Of a stretch of 64,000 nucleotides of DNA, positions 52,524 through 62,785 are shown piece after piece. The position numbers and the translations under genes are program-made. The stretch is from Callorhinchus milii (lineage: Eukaryota). The notes below the pieces were generated by a model. The model did no database searches. It was given only the letters and a program-made list of their open reading frames with translations, and was not told the DNA's origin. The number at the start of each line of letters is the position of its first letter. The first letter of the stretch is position 1. Location: positions 115,012,001 through 115,076,000 of the forward strand of contig NW_024704743.1 of NCBI RefSeq assembly GCF_018977255.1, in the 5' to 3' direction.

Positions 52524-53200
52524 GCAACATTGAAAATTGTTTTATTGTCACCAAATAAATTCTGGTTGTGTAAAGGACCACTGGTGTCATTAATTCTGAT
52601 GAATGAAAGTTCATTATTCTGCAGTAAGTTTTCAATATGATTTTTTTTAAAGAATTGCCCTTGATTTAGCACTTTTCATGTCAGGTGGCTTTCTCAAAGT
52701 GCTTCATGGGATTTTACTATAAAGTGTAGTGATTGTGTTTTGAAAAAAAGTTGCGCCCAAGTTCCAAAATGAATGTTCTGAGGAAGAAAAGGAAACCTAT
52801 TGCGAACATTATTTAGAGTTTCATTGTTCAATTTTCAAAAAAATCTCTTGCCATGTTGTATTTACTTGGAAAAGGTGATTAACTAGTTCAAGTGTAAAAT
52901 GTATTAGTGCTGATTAAGAACAATGAATGTGTTCATATTAACTAACTTATCATTACAAACTTGCAGTTGCCAGCAAGGATGATCACCAATTTCTGGTATA
53001 AAAACACTGATACCAAATTCTGAGTTTGAGATGGCCTTTGATCTGCTACAGTACTGTTGCTGAAAATGAAGATAAATAAAAATGATACATTATTAAACAC
53101 GTTCACAGTAAATATTTAAAAGCTTTCTTTAGGGGGAAACTTTATAAAAATATAATTTAAGTTGAGAACAATATGTATTTAAATAATTGGGCTGTATTTA

Positions 53201-53280
53201 TGCTGGAATTATAATGAGTACAATTGCCGTTTACCCATCTGATTGTATGATGAGGATATGATAATTCTGAGATACCAGCA
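53201..53280 (+). ncRNA. SNORD87: SNORD87 copy 4 (degenerate C box, possible pseudogene)
   Basis: Guide, D', C' and D boxes intact, but the C box is ATAATGA and the stem carries a mismatch (ATACCAGCA). The upstream donor is mutated. Confidence 0.85.
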
Positions 53281-54522
53281 ATAAAAAAAATGTGGAATTT
53301 GAGCTGTAATTGTACCCCAAAAACTGGTCATGCAAATCTGACCCTTGTTGATGTCTAATTGCATTCTTGTTGCAGCTAATCTTTCAAAATCTTAAGAATG
53401 TGTGCCAGCACAAATGAGGGGATAAAATAAATTGTGCTTGGAATAATGAAAATAGGTTTCAGATAAAATGTCTATTGGAGCAACGTTGGGGATATAGACT
53501 TTTAATTCTAAGAAAGCCCTGATGTGTTCACATGTCCTTATGTTGCAACTAGCAAGACAGCAAATTTACTTGTTTGTGCCCTACTCCATTTGTTACTCTT
53601 ACATATTTTAGTTTTTCATTGGCAGACATCCCAATTTGTAAAATTGTTTTTCACTCAATGAAAAACATTTCAATAAATGTTGCCATGTCTTCCAATATTG
53701 GTGGTCAGTGCTAGAAAAAAAGAGTGAGCTATGAGTTTCTAAATCTGTTTAAATTACATGCATTGTTAACACTGTATATTTTTAGCTGAGAGCTTCATTG
53801 GTTTCATATTTCTCAATCTGGTAAAATGTACTCCGAATAGATGATTAATTATAATCCCTGAATTTAATGTAGTGCAGTATCACGTAGTTGAAGTCTCACT
53901 ATTTTATTGTAAAGTGTAGTGACAGCATTTATAGGCGAAAGCAACAACTAATGTGCACATCGCAAGGTTCCATAAACAGCTATGAAGTAAATGACTAATT
54001 TTATCTGGGGCATTATTGGCCAGGATACCAGGAGAAAATCCATTCTCTTTTTGAATACTGCCATGAGATATTTTTAATGCTCATCAATTTTGAATGAGAA
54101 AGGACTTCAGTTCAAAGTGTCATAGGAAGTATAGCATCTCTTGACAATGCAACAGTACCAGAGCAATGTAAATTAGACCAGGCACTTTTTGATTGAGTTG
54201 AGTGATACCAACTGAGCCAGGTTGACTCCTGTAACTAGCTAAGGGATAAAATACATTTGTGCTGAATGGGAATGTTGAACATCTTCACATAAGTTAACAG
54301 GGTATTGGAAACTTTTGTAGGAGGTGGCAAGCTTGCTCATCCAATTTCTAGTTCAGAAATACTGTGAAGAAGGAAGTATCGTGAAATGACCTGCAATATC
54401 GATCGCAGTGCTGTTTTGGGAAATGCGAAGAAGGTAAATAGGTTCAGTATTTATCAAATAAGCCTGATGTGGGTAACTTATAATTCACATATGTATTGTT
54501 TGAGTTAATCAGTCTGTTAATC

Positions 54523-54601
54523 TGCTGGATCTATGATGAGTTAAATTTGCCGTTTACCCATCTGTTTGTTATGATGAGAATATTAGCTCTGAGATTCAGC
54601 A
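54523..54601 (+). ncRNA. SNORD87: SNORD87 copy 5 (D' variant CTGT)
   Basis: C ATGATGA; guide TTTGCCGTTTACCCAT; D' CTGT; C' ATGATGA; D CTGA; stem TGCTGGATCT/AGATTCAGCA. Confidence 0.88.
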
Positions 54602-55105
54602 GCAATATGTTAAAATTGAGACTGGATTACCACAAATACGAGGCTGGGTCCTGTAAATCTGCCAACTAAAAAATACTGTAATCACTGTTCCTTGTACAAT
54701 AATAAATTCTGAATATTTAACCAAGTTTAGAGATGTAGCTATACACATAATAAAAATATATCCATTTTAATAAAATTCCTGTTTGTGCACTTGGTCGCAA
54801 ATTGAAAAGTTGGTTATCAGTTCATTTTGACTAGATTAAATACGAGTGCCTCAGAGAGGTTGCAATAGATGAAAGAAAATGTTGTAACTAACTTGAAATG
54901 TTAAAAATTAGAAAAGTGATTTGACTTTTTTACTTTCTGAAATACTGTGAAGAAGGAAGTATCGTGAAATGACCTGCAATATCGATCGCAGTGCTGTTTT
55001 GGGAAATACGAAGAAGGTAAATAGATTCAGTATTTATCAAATAAGCCTGATGTGGATAACTTATAATTCACATATGTATTGTTTGAGTTAATCAGTCTGT
55101 TAATC

Positions 55106-55184
55106 TGCTGGATCTATGATGAGTTAAATTTGCCGTTTACCCATCTGTTTGTTATGATGAGAATATTAGCTCTGAGATTCAGCA
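55106..55184 (+). ncRNA. SNORD87: SNORD87 copy 6 (identical to copy 5)
   Basis: Same sequence as copy 5, offset by 583 bp within a tandem duplication. Confidence 0.85.
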
Positions 55185-55718
55185 GCAATATGTTAAAATT
55201 GAGACTGGATTACCACAAATACGAGGCTGGGTCCTGTAAATCTGCCAACTAAAAAATACTGTAATCACTGTTCCTTGTACAATAATAAATTCTGAATATT
55301 TAACCAAGTTTAGAGATGTAGCTATACACAAAATAAAAATATATCCATTTTAATAAAATTCCTGTTTGTGCACTTGGTCGCAAATTGAAAAGTTGGTTAT
55401 CAGTTCATTTTGACTAGATTAAATACGAGTGCCTGAGAGAGGTTGCAATAGATGAAAGAAAATGTTGTAACTAACTTGAAATGTTAAAAATTAGAAAAGT
55501 GATTTGACTTTTTTACTTTCTGATTCATAGAAATGTTTTTCTAATCTCTGAAGGAATCTAATGTCTGCAGCTTCTGTTAACTGAAGGAAAACTAAGCGAC
55601 TGATTATTCGTCTAAAATCTAAAATCTGAGTGACTATGAAGAAGGTATTTATACCATTGTAAATTTGTCTACAATCTTTGCATTCATACAACTAACCTAC
55701 AATAGGATGCAATATACT

Positions 55719-55809
55719 TTGCTGGATCTATGATGACTAAATTTGCCGTTTACCCATCTGATAGAAAAAATCATGTGGATAATGATGATTTGTTCTGAAC
55801 ATCCAGCAA
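55719..55809 (+). ncRNA. SNORD87: SNORD87 copy 7 (longer internal spacer)
   Basis: C ATGATGA; guide TTTGCCGTTTACCCAT; D' CTGA; longer spacer; C' ATGATGA close to the D box CTGA; 9-bp stem TTGCTGGAT/ATCCAGCAA. Confidence 0.9.
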
Positions 55810-58031
55810 TATACAAATCCAACTGAGTAAACTAAACTAACATTTTTTTATTGTTTCTGTTATGGTTACTGCAACAAATTCTTAAAACTAAATTAAATTA
55901 GTTTTATTAAGCTATAAGTTGAATTAAGCTATATATCTGTTATCCATATGCCTATCACTAAAATTAGGATAGATTAATTGCATTTGTAATGGAATTTCTG
56001 TCTGTGTGGTAGATCCCTTAGACTGTGGTAAAAACGTTTTGAGGAAATAACATGGTGTTATTTTGATTTAATTTGTACACAAATTTAAGAAACTGGTGCT
56101 CTTATTTTTCCAGAATGAAAAGAGGATCTCAGAAAAGACCTATATTTCATCAGCAGCTGATTAAATCACAATGTGACAAAACATGTTTTAAGCTGGATTT
56201 ATATATACCCATTTATTGAGAAGTCTGTACTTCCTAGTACAGGAACTACTGTACATTGCATTTGTTGTAACACAATAAACATTTGTTACATGACTTTTTA
56301 AAATGAAAGAAATTTCCTGTTCAGGTTGATGGGAATTAAAACTGAAATTCTTGCATATACAGACTGTTCTATTTTGTACAATGGTTGAGATGTAATGCTA
56401 CATCGTCCAGTCAGAAATGATGGATTATTGATGATGGACAATATAAAACAATGGTGTGTGCAGGGCAGAGTATGCTGAGCTTGCAAAGCAAAATTGTGGT
56501 TGAGATCATTGCTCTGGGGGCAGTACAGCAGTCGGGAGGCCTGCTGAGGAAATTGGGCATTGCACTGCTATCAAGTGACTTGCAAGTTACAGTAAACTGA
56601 GGGTGACCAGCTAACCTGACCTGTGCCAATGCCACAATAATTGGGTACTCGGTGTCCCCATCATCCTGACTTGTTCTGACATGAAAGACGCTATACAAGT
56701 ATACTTTGTTGTTGTTATCATCCCCCGCAGAGGAGCCCGTTTCCTTCCAGAAACTCCTGTCTGACAGCTCGGTTGGGATTGGTTACAAACATGTTGATCA
56801 GAATTCAGCATTGATGCAAACTCCACATAAGTATTTATTCCATTGAAACATTTTCAAATTTACTACAGTAGATCATAACACAATGCCACCTAAATCATGT
56901 ACTTGCATCCTGAAGCAATGTATAGAAATACTTAACTAATTATAAATTTATAACATTTAGTTATAGCTTAAATTACAACTAGAAGAATTTGAATTGATTG
57001 CATTTACATGACGTACCTTTTGGGTTAAGCAATATAAAGGATAGGTGCAGGAATTGAATAGTTTAATAATTAACTCATATCCAGGCTCCACTTTCCATCA
57101 TTTTCTCAACCTACAGCTACTTTGCCCATGTTGGTCCCTACAGACAAGTCTACAGCATTTGCTGAATCTGTAGGCTACAACTCTGGCCGCTGGCCACTCA
57201 TATAGTCAAACCTGTCGCTCATTGTGATGGGAGTCTGAATATTTGCAAAGCACTAAATGCAAATGAGCACAGGAGGTGCTGTTCCAAATTTTGCAACAGA
57301 ACTTGAGGGTCAAAAGCTCACTCACGGAAATGAGTATTGCTTTAGTAAGCTGATGATTACTGTGCTTCCTTGTTACAGCTCTTGGGGATACTTGTCCCCA
57401 AATATGTTTTCCCTCCCAACAGCGAAACAAAATGAGGGCAGAAAGCATGCTGCTGACAAGCTTACAGAATGAACCAGGCCTGAAAACTGTACAAAGTTAA
57501 CTTATTAATAGTTCCAATTCATCAAATTAGATGAGTTACAGAAAACCTATAAAACCACCTTCATACACCAATTACCTTTGAACAGCTCAAGACAATTCTT
57601 CACATCACACTTAACTATAAAGGTTTAGCATGCAGAATTAGACCAAAGGTTTGTCATTGTAAAGCAAGACAAACAGGATCACAGATGTAGCATTTACCCC
57701 ATCGCTCACGAATACACGCCTTCACTGACTTCCTAACTAGGCAAGAATGTGGGGTGGCACATGCAAAGACTTGGTTTCTCCTCACATGATGATTAATTCG
57801 AATGTCAAATATTATACAAATACATTAAATCTTAAATAACATTCAAAATGAGCACAACAGATTTGAAACTAGATTTCACAACATTCTTATGTTATCTTTA
57901 TATTACCTTTAAAATTTCAGTTACTTTGAGTAGAAGTGTTTGGGAATTAATGGTAAGTTTTAAAATTTCTGCTGAATAAAAAGTAACAATCTGAAAGAAC
58001 TGTCAATAGAGTGCAGGCAAAACTTTTCAAA

Positions 58032-58198
58032 TTATTCTTCAATTAAGTGCACCGACATCCCGGGAGCATATGTGGCACAGAATTGCAATAAGTGTTGATG
58101 AAACTGTGTCAGGTACAGGTCCCTCTGATTCAGACTGTGTTCATCAATCAGATCGAATGGAAACACAGCATTGGGAGCCACACACAGAACTGATGCCC
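58032..58198 (-). CDS. MCMDC2: MCMDC2 last coding exon
   Basis: Minus-strand gcgcag acceptor; (G)ASVLCVAPNAVFPFDLIDEHSLNQRDLYLTQFHQHLLQFCATYAPGMSVHLIEE*, matching the recalled MCMDC2 C-terminus (CVAPNAVFPF...QRDLYLTQ). Confidence 0.93.
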
Positions 58199-58906
58199 CT
58201 GCGCAGATAGGATTATAAAAATTACAGTGTAAAAGGTGGTCATTTGGTCCATCAAACATACTGGTGAGAACTTAATTGAAGCTATGTACCCAAATTCCAA
58301 ATCCTCTCTTGCCCCACGGTAATTTAAATTATTTCTCTTCAAATACCTAACCCAATTTTTAAACTGTTATGGTCATTAGTTTCAATTACCACTTGTACTC
58401 ATGTACGATAATATTTCTTCCAAATTTCCCCTTAACTCAATCCACGATTGTGGGGACACTGCGCTGCGCAATTGACTGCCGCGTTTCACCCACAAAATAT
58501 ACAGTTAACTCACTTTACAGTATATTCTGGAAAGCGCTTTGAGACATCACAAAGACTTAATAAGGCGCTACATCAAATCCAAGGATTATTATTAACTCCT
58601 CTTCACACATCACCCACAAAATATATGGTCAATTCAGTTTATGGTACATTCTGTGAAGTGCTTTGAAACTTCTCAACAACGTGATGAGGTGCTACAACAA
58701 ATACAAGGATTATTATCAGGATAATTATAACTCCCGATCACAATCCTGAGTTTGTTAGCTCCTTGTTAAGGGTTTGGATCATGCCATACTTCTGCTGCAC
58801 TTTTGCAGCAGACAGGACATGCCTGAAGCTGTAAAAAGTGTTGTACCAGAACAATTACAATCCAGACTACGTTTCCTAAGCGTCAAGGACTCAGTCAGCT
58901 GCCTAC

Positions 58907-59016
58907 CGTGCCGAGCTGTGATGGAAGTCTCGTATAACAGAATAGCAATGACAGCATCCTCCTGCAGCACTCGAGCTCTCAGGCTGAGCTTGGCGTGGGC
59001 TTCACACACAGACATT
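58907..59016 (-). CDS. MCMDC2: MCMDC2 penultimate coding exon
   Basis: MSVCEAHAKLSLRARVLQEDAVIAILLYETSITARH (MCM lid-type EAHA+L.LR..V...D motif); AG/GTAGGC boundaries; phases 2 and 1. Confidence 0.93.
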
Positions 59017-59744
59017 CTGGTCATGAGGATACAAACCATTTAAAGGTTGGAAAAAATTGAGACATTTTTATTTTTTTCAAAAAAACTAGTAATCTTTAAA
59101 CTCCTCAGAGTCATGACTAATAATAAAATGAAAAAGTCAGATATTATCAACAGAGTGGTACAAAGTTGAAATTGACTCAGAGGCCAGGAATGTGCCATTT
59201 GAGCTCTTTTTTTCCCCCCAAGGCTGTTTCCAGAAAGTTTTTTTTTGCAAATGAATGGCTCCATTATAAGGAAGGATAGAAAAGTTGCAGCATAGATTCG
59301 CTAAATTGTTCATAGATATAAGTGTTTGCTCTAAAGCGCTAACTTTAGAGCTGAGGTAACGGGGCCAAATAGACTTTATTAAAATTAATGAAGGTTTAGC
59401 ATAGGGTAATACATACAATTAGACTTGACAATATAATGTACAAAACACCTCACACTTGTATACTTATAGTCATGATTATTATTAATATAGCATATTTCAC
59501 AGATACTAAAAGCACTTCACAGGTTACGGTAAAGTGTAGTGACTGTATTTTAATAATCCCAGTAGTAATCCTTGCATTTCACACAGCGCTTTTATCACGT
59601 TGAGACATCTCAAAGTGCTATGCTGTAAAGTGGATTGACTATTTTGTGGCCGAAACATGGCAGGCAGTTTGCGTACAGCAAGGTCCCACAAACAGCCATG
59701 GAATGAGTGACCAATTTTATTTGGGGGATTGTCAGCTAGGATAT

Positions 59745-60111
59745 TGTGGAGTTCTGTAGCGTAGCGGTTAGTGTGCTCACTTCGCAAGAGAGAGGACCTG
59801 GGTTCTATTCCCGAGCCGGGCAAAACATTGGGCAAATTTCCTTACTCCACAAGCCTCTGTTCACCTAGCAGTAAGTAGGAACCTGGTTGTTAGTCAATTG
59901 GCGACTCACTTTCCCAGGGGTAATAATCCCTTAAAAAAAATTTGATCACTCATTCATAACCGTTTGTTCGACACTGCTGTGCGCAATTGGCTGCCGCGTG
60001 TCGCCCACAAAATATTCAGTCAATTCACTTTACAGTATATTCTGTGAAACACTTTGAGACGTTGAAGACGTGATAAGGTGCTATATCAAATGCAAAGATT
60101 ATTATTATTAT
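59745..60111 (+). mobile_element. tRNA-derived SINE, long subfamily with extra central segment
   Basis: Same head and tail plus the internal CTCTGTTCACCTAGCAGTAAGTAGGAACCTGGTTGTTAGTC segment; related copies at 1862-2122(-), 26450-26730(+), 28878-29262(+) and 43606-43970(-). Confidence 0.85.
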
Positions 60112-61354
60112 CGGGAAAAACTTGCTTTGCTTTTCGAACAGTGTCATGAGATTGTTAATCTCCACATGAACAGGCATCTTGGTTTAACATCTCATCCGAA
60201 GGATGGCACCTCTAACAATGGAACACACCACCAGCACTGCATTGAAGTGACACCCTAGACTGAGTTCAAAATCCTGACATGGGGCTTGAATGTACAAACT
60301 GCAAGAGTGGCTATATTCAAGTACAGGCTTGACTATAATAGTCAGTGCATGTTAATCACAAAGATAGGTCAAATTTTAACTTGGTAATGTTTTTGTGAGA
60401 AATGGAAGAATTGGATCATAATTTCACTATTCTTTTAACCCACTGCCACAATCTGCTGTACACCCAACCTCAGAATGACAGAATCTGCACCCCAGCTTTG
60501 CAAACGATTCTTAACGATTGAACTTAAAGTGCATTACCCCAACCCACAGGAACTTGATACCTATCTCTGGTCGTATCGAAGTGGACATCCAGTTGCCATC
60601 AGGATTCAAGTTACAAATCTTTTACGAATCCAGGTTGTGACGACTGTACTTTAGACCCCATCATGAACTTTCCATTTCTCTCACCCGTCTCTGTGGTTGT
60701 ACTTAACATCACTACTTTAAAATTTTTATTAGAAGCTTTTACTGTATTAAAATAGCTGGCTACATTGACCAAGTCTTCCCTGTTTTGGGAAGGCCCATGG
60801 GTGGTGGACTCTGCACACCAGTTGTATTTCTCGAACCAAGATCCCAGCAGAAATGACTGGCTGACTGGCCGAGGTGAGAGGTTAGCAATCTTCCTCATAC
60901 TGAATTATCTCGGGGTTATTTTATACCCAGTAGGGGGACTTGGGACATATGGATGTGAATGATGGATTATTTTGAGGGAGCTCTATTCACATTCAATAGT
61001 GTGCTGTCAAAATGATTGAACAATATCCTTGTCCTTTTAAAGTGACAGGTCTTTTAAACAAGGGAGGAATGAATGGTGTGGGCTATTTTATTTCCTCCTT
61101 CCCCTTACAATTCAAACAAGCTTCAAGTGGAAGTGAATTCATTCTCAGCTACTGACCTTGAGATTTTTTCAGATCAAATGAATCTTCAACGTTGTACATC
61201 TGTATGACTTTTAACACCTTTGAAGTGATTCCTTAATACCTTTAGTTTGATACAGTAATGTACCTTAATGTTAATGTACCGTAATTTCTTTAGTTTGATA
61301 TAGTAATGTTACTAAAATATCACTAACTTATAACTTCCAACAAACAGTTCTTAC

Positions 61355-61497
61355 AAGATCTTCACCGCAATGGGAGAAATTGTTGACCCACGCACAGGAT
61401 CAGTTCGGACCCTTCGACTTGCTGTGTAATAACCTTGTATAAGCTTCTCAGCTTCTGGACTAAACTCAACCTGCTGTCCCCTGGCAAACCCGATGAG
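61355..61497 (-). CDS. MCMDC2: MCMDC2 coding exon
   Basis: LIGFARGQQVEFSPEAEKLIQGYYTASRRVRTDPVRGSTISPIAVKI(L); taatcag acceptor and GTAAGA donor; 143 nt. Confidence 0.93.
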
Positions 61498-62605
61498 CTG
61501 ATTAAACACAGACAAATAATTATTTTTTTAATAAAAAAAGATATAATCTATTCATTCAAAATACAGTTAGACGTGGACAACACTGGTGCAATGATAATAA
61601 TTATACAATGCTGTAATTATTGCATTTAATGTAAAACAGCAACTTGCGTTTATACAGCACCCTTTATGTTGGATAATGTCTTGGAACAGGGTCAGATGCT
61701 AAGCAAGAGAGGAGGGGCAGGGACAGGTGTTTGTAGCTGTAGTTGAAGAGGTGGGTTTTTAGGTGAAATCTAAAGACAGATAAAGAGGTACAGCAGCATC
61801 TATAACACCTCCAAGTGCTTCACTAGTAAACACCGTCAAGTAACATCTTGTGTATGTTGCAGGCAATTAGCACACAGCAATATCCCACAAACAGCCATGG
61901 GGTGAATGAGCAACGTATCTGGAAGTTATTGCTGAGGACATCGGGAGACATGCTTTACATGTAGTAGTGTAACATCCATCTGAGCAGGCAGACGGGAACT
62001 CGATTTAACATTGCACTTGAAAAACAACAACTCTGACAATGCAGTGTTATCCTAGTCATAGGAACAGGAGTAGGCCATTCAGCCCCTCGGGCCCAGTCCA
62101 TCATTCTATAAGATCATGGATGATCTGTACCTCAACTCCAGATACCCCATATCCCTTTAGAGTCCACAGTCAGTCTCGACTGTAAACTCAAAGTCCCATC
62201 GTGGACATTGAACCCACAAGCTGTAGAAGTGATTTTGCTATCATATAAGCCAGACTGTCCCTGGAATATATTGAATGCACACACAAGACCTTTTAAACCT
62301 ATTTCCCTGAAAGTAATAATAACAATATCATAGAATCATAAAATTATACAACACAGAAGGAGGCCATTCGACCCATTGTGTCTGTGCCGACTCTTTGAAA
62401 AGAGCTATCCAAATCAATCCCACTCCCCCGCGCTCTCCACAATATTACAGTAATGGTCGTGGAGATCTAACAATGGGCCTGAATATCAGACAATTTTGCT
62501 CTTAGCCTTTTTCTGATTGTGGTAGCAGATGAAAACCACACTCACAAGATTCATCCAGGTTATTTACTTGAAGGATTTTTATGCATTCAGGGAAAAGGGT
62601 TTTAC

Positions 62606-62785
62606 CTCTTCAAAATCCTGTGCTGTGAGCTGCTGCACTGCTGGATAGTGAGGCTGGCCTGAGTTCATGGCTTCCCGCAGAATGTGCTGTACAAGAGGGA
62701 GAGGAGAGTGCGAGTTGGAGATTTCACTGCAGTAGATCAAAAGACCAAAGCCATCAACCAGTTTTGCTGGGACTGAGCCAACGTC
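62606..62785 (-). CDS. MCMDC2: MCMDC2 coding exon (gene continues beyond the window)
   Basis: DVGSVPAKLVDGFGLLIYCSEISNSHSPLPLVQHILREAMNSGQPHYPAVQQLTAQDFEE; ccacag acceptor and GTAAAA donor; 180 nt; phase 0/0. Confidence 0.9.

Larger units (their letters stand above)
50470..53280 (+). repeat. Diverged tandem duplication of exon-intron-snoRNA modules (about 740-1100 bp units)
   Basis: Recurring blocks (aaggtaaata; gaattaattg..gtgtatttatgctggaatt; SINE-tail fragment catgtcaggtgg; aaaatctcttgccat; caatgaatgtgttcac) with unit boundaries near 50478, 51573, 52312 and 53072. Confidence 0.9.
54356..55523 (+). repeat. 583-bp near-identical tandem duplication
   Basis: 54356-54938 versus 54939-55521; about five substitutions seen by eye. 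Confidence 0.95.
50355..56295 (+). ncRNA. SNHG6: Non-coding snoRNA host gene (SNHG6/U87HG ortholog), internal and terminal exons; first exon not located
   Basis: Short AG/GT-bounded exons without a coherent ORF: 50355-50477, 51363-51572, 52217-52311, (52967-53071, donor mutated), 54357-54433, about 54953-55016, 55531-55644, and a terminal exon from 56114 with AATAAA at 56274. Each donor is followed by one U87-like snoRNA. Same strand as TCF24 and convergent with MCMDC2, as for human SNHG6. Confidence 0.8.

Noticed and set aside
60611..60962. Intronic ORFs (95 aa with SWFEKYNW; 65 aa) in MCMDC2
   Set aside because: The flanking MCMDC2 exons join in frame without them. The hint of a hAT/TTF zinc-finger motif is too short to support a call; probably an old repeat.
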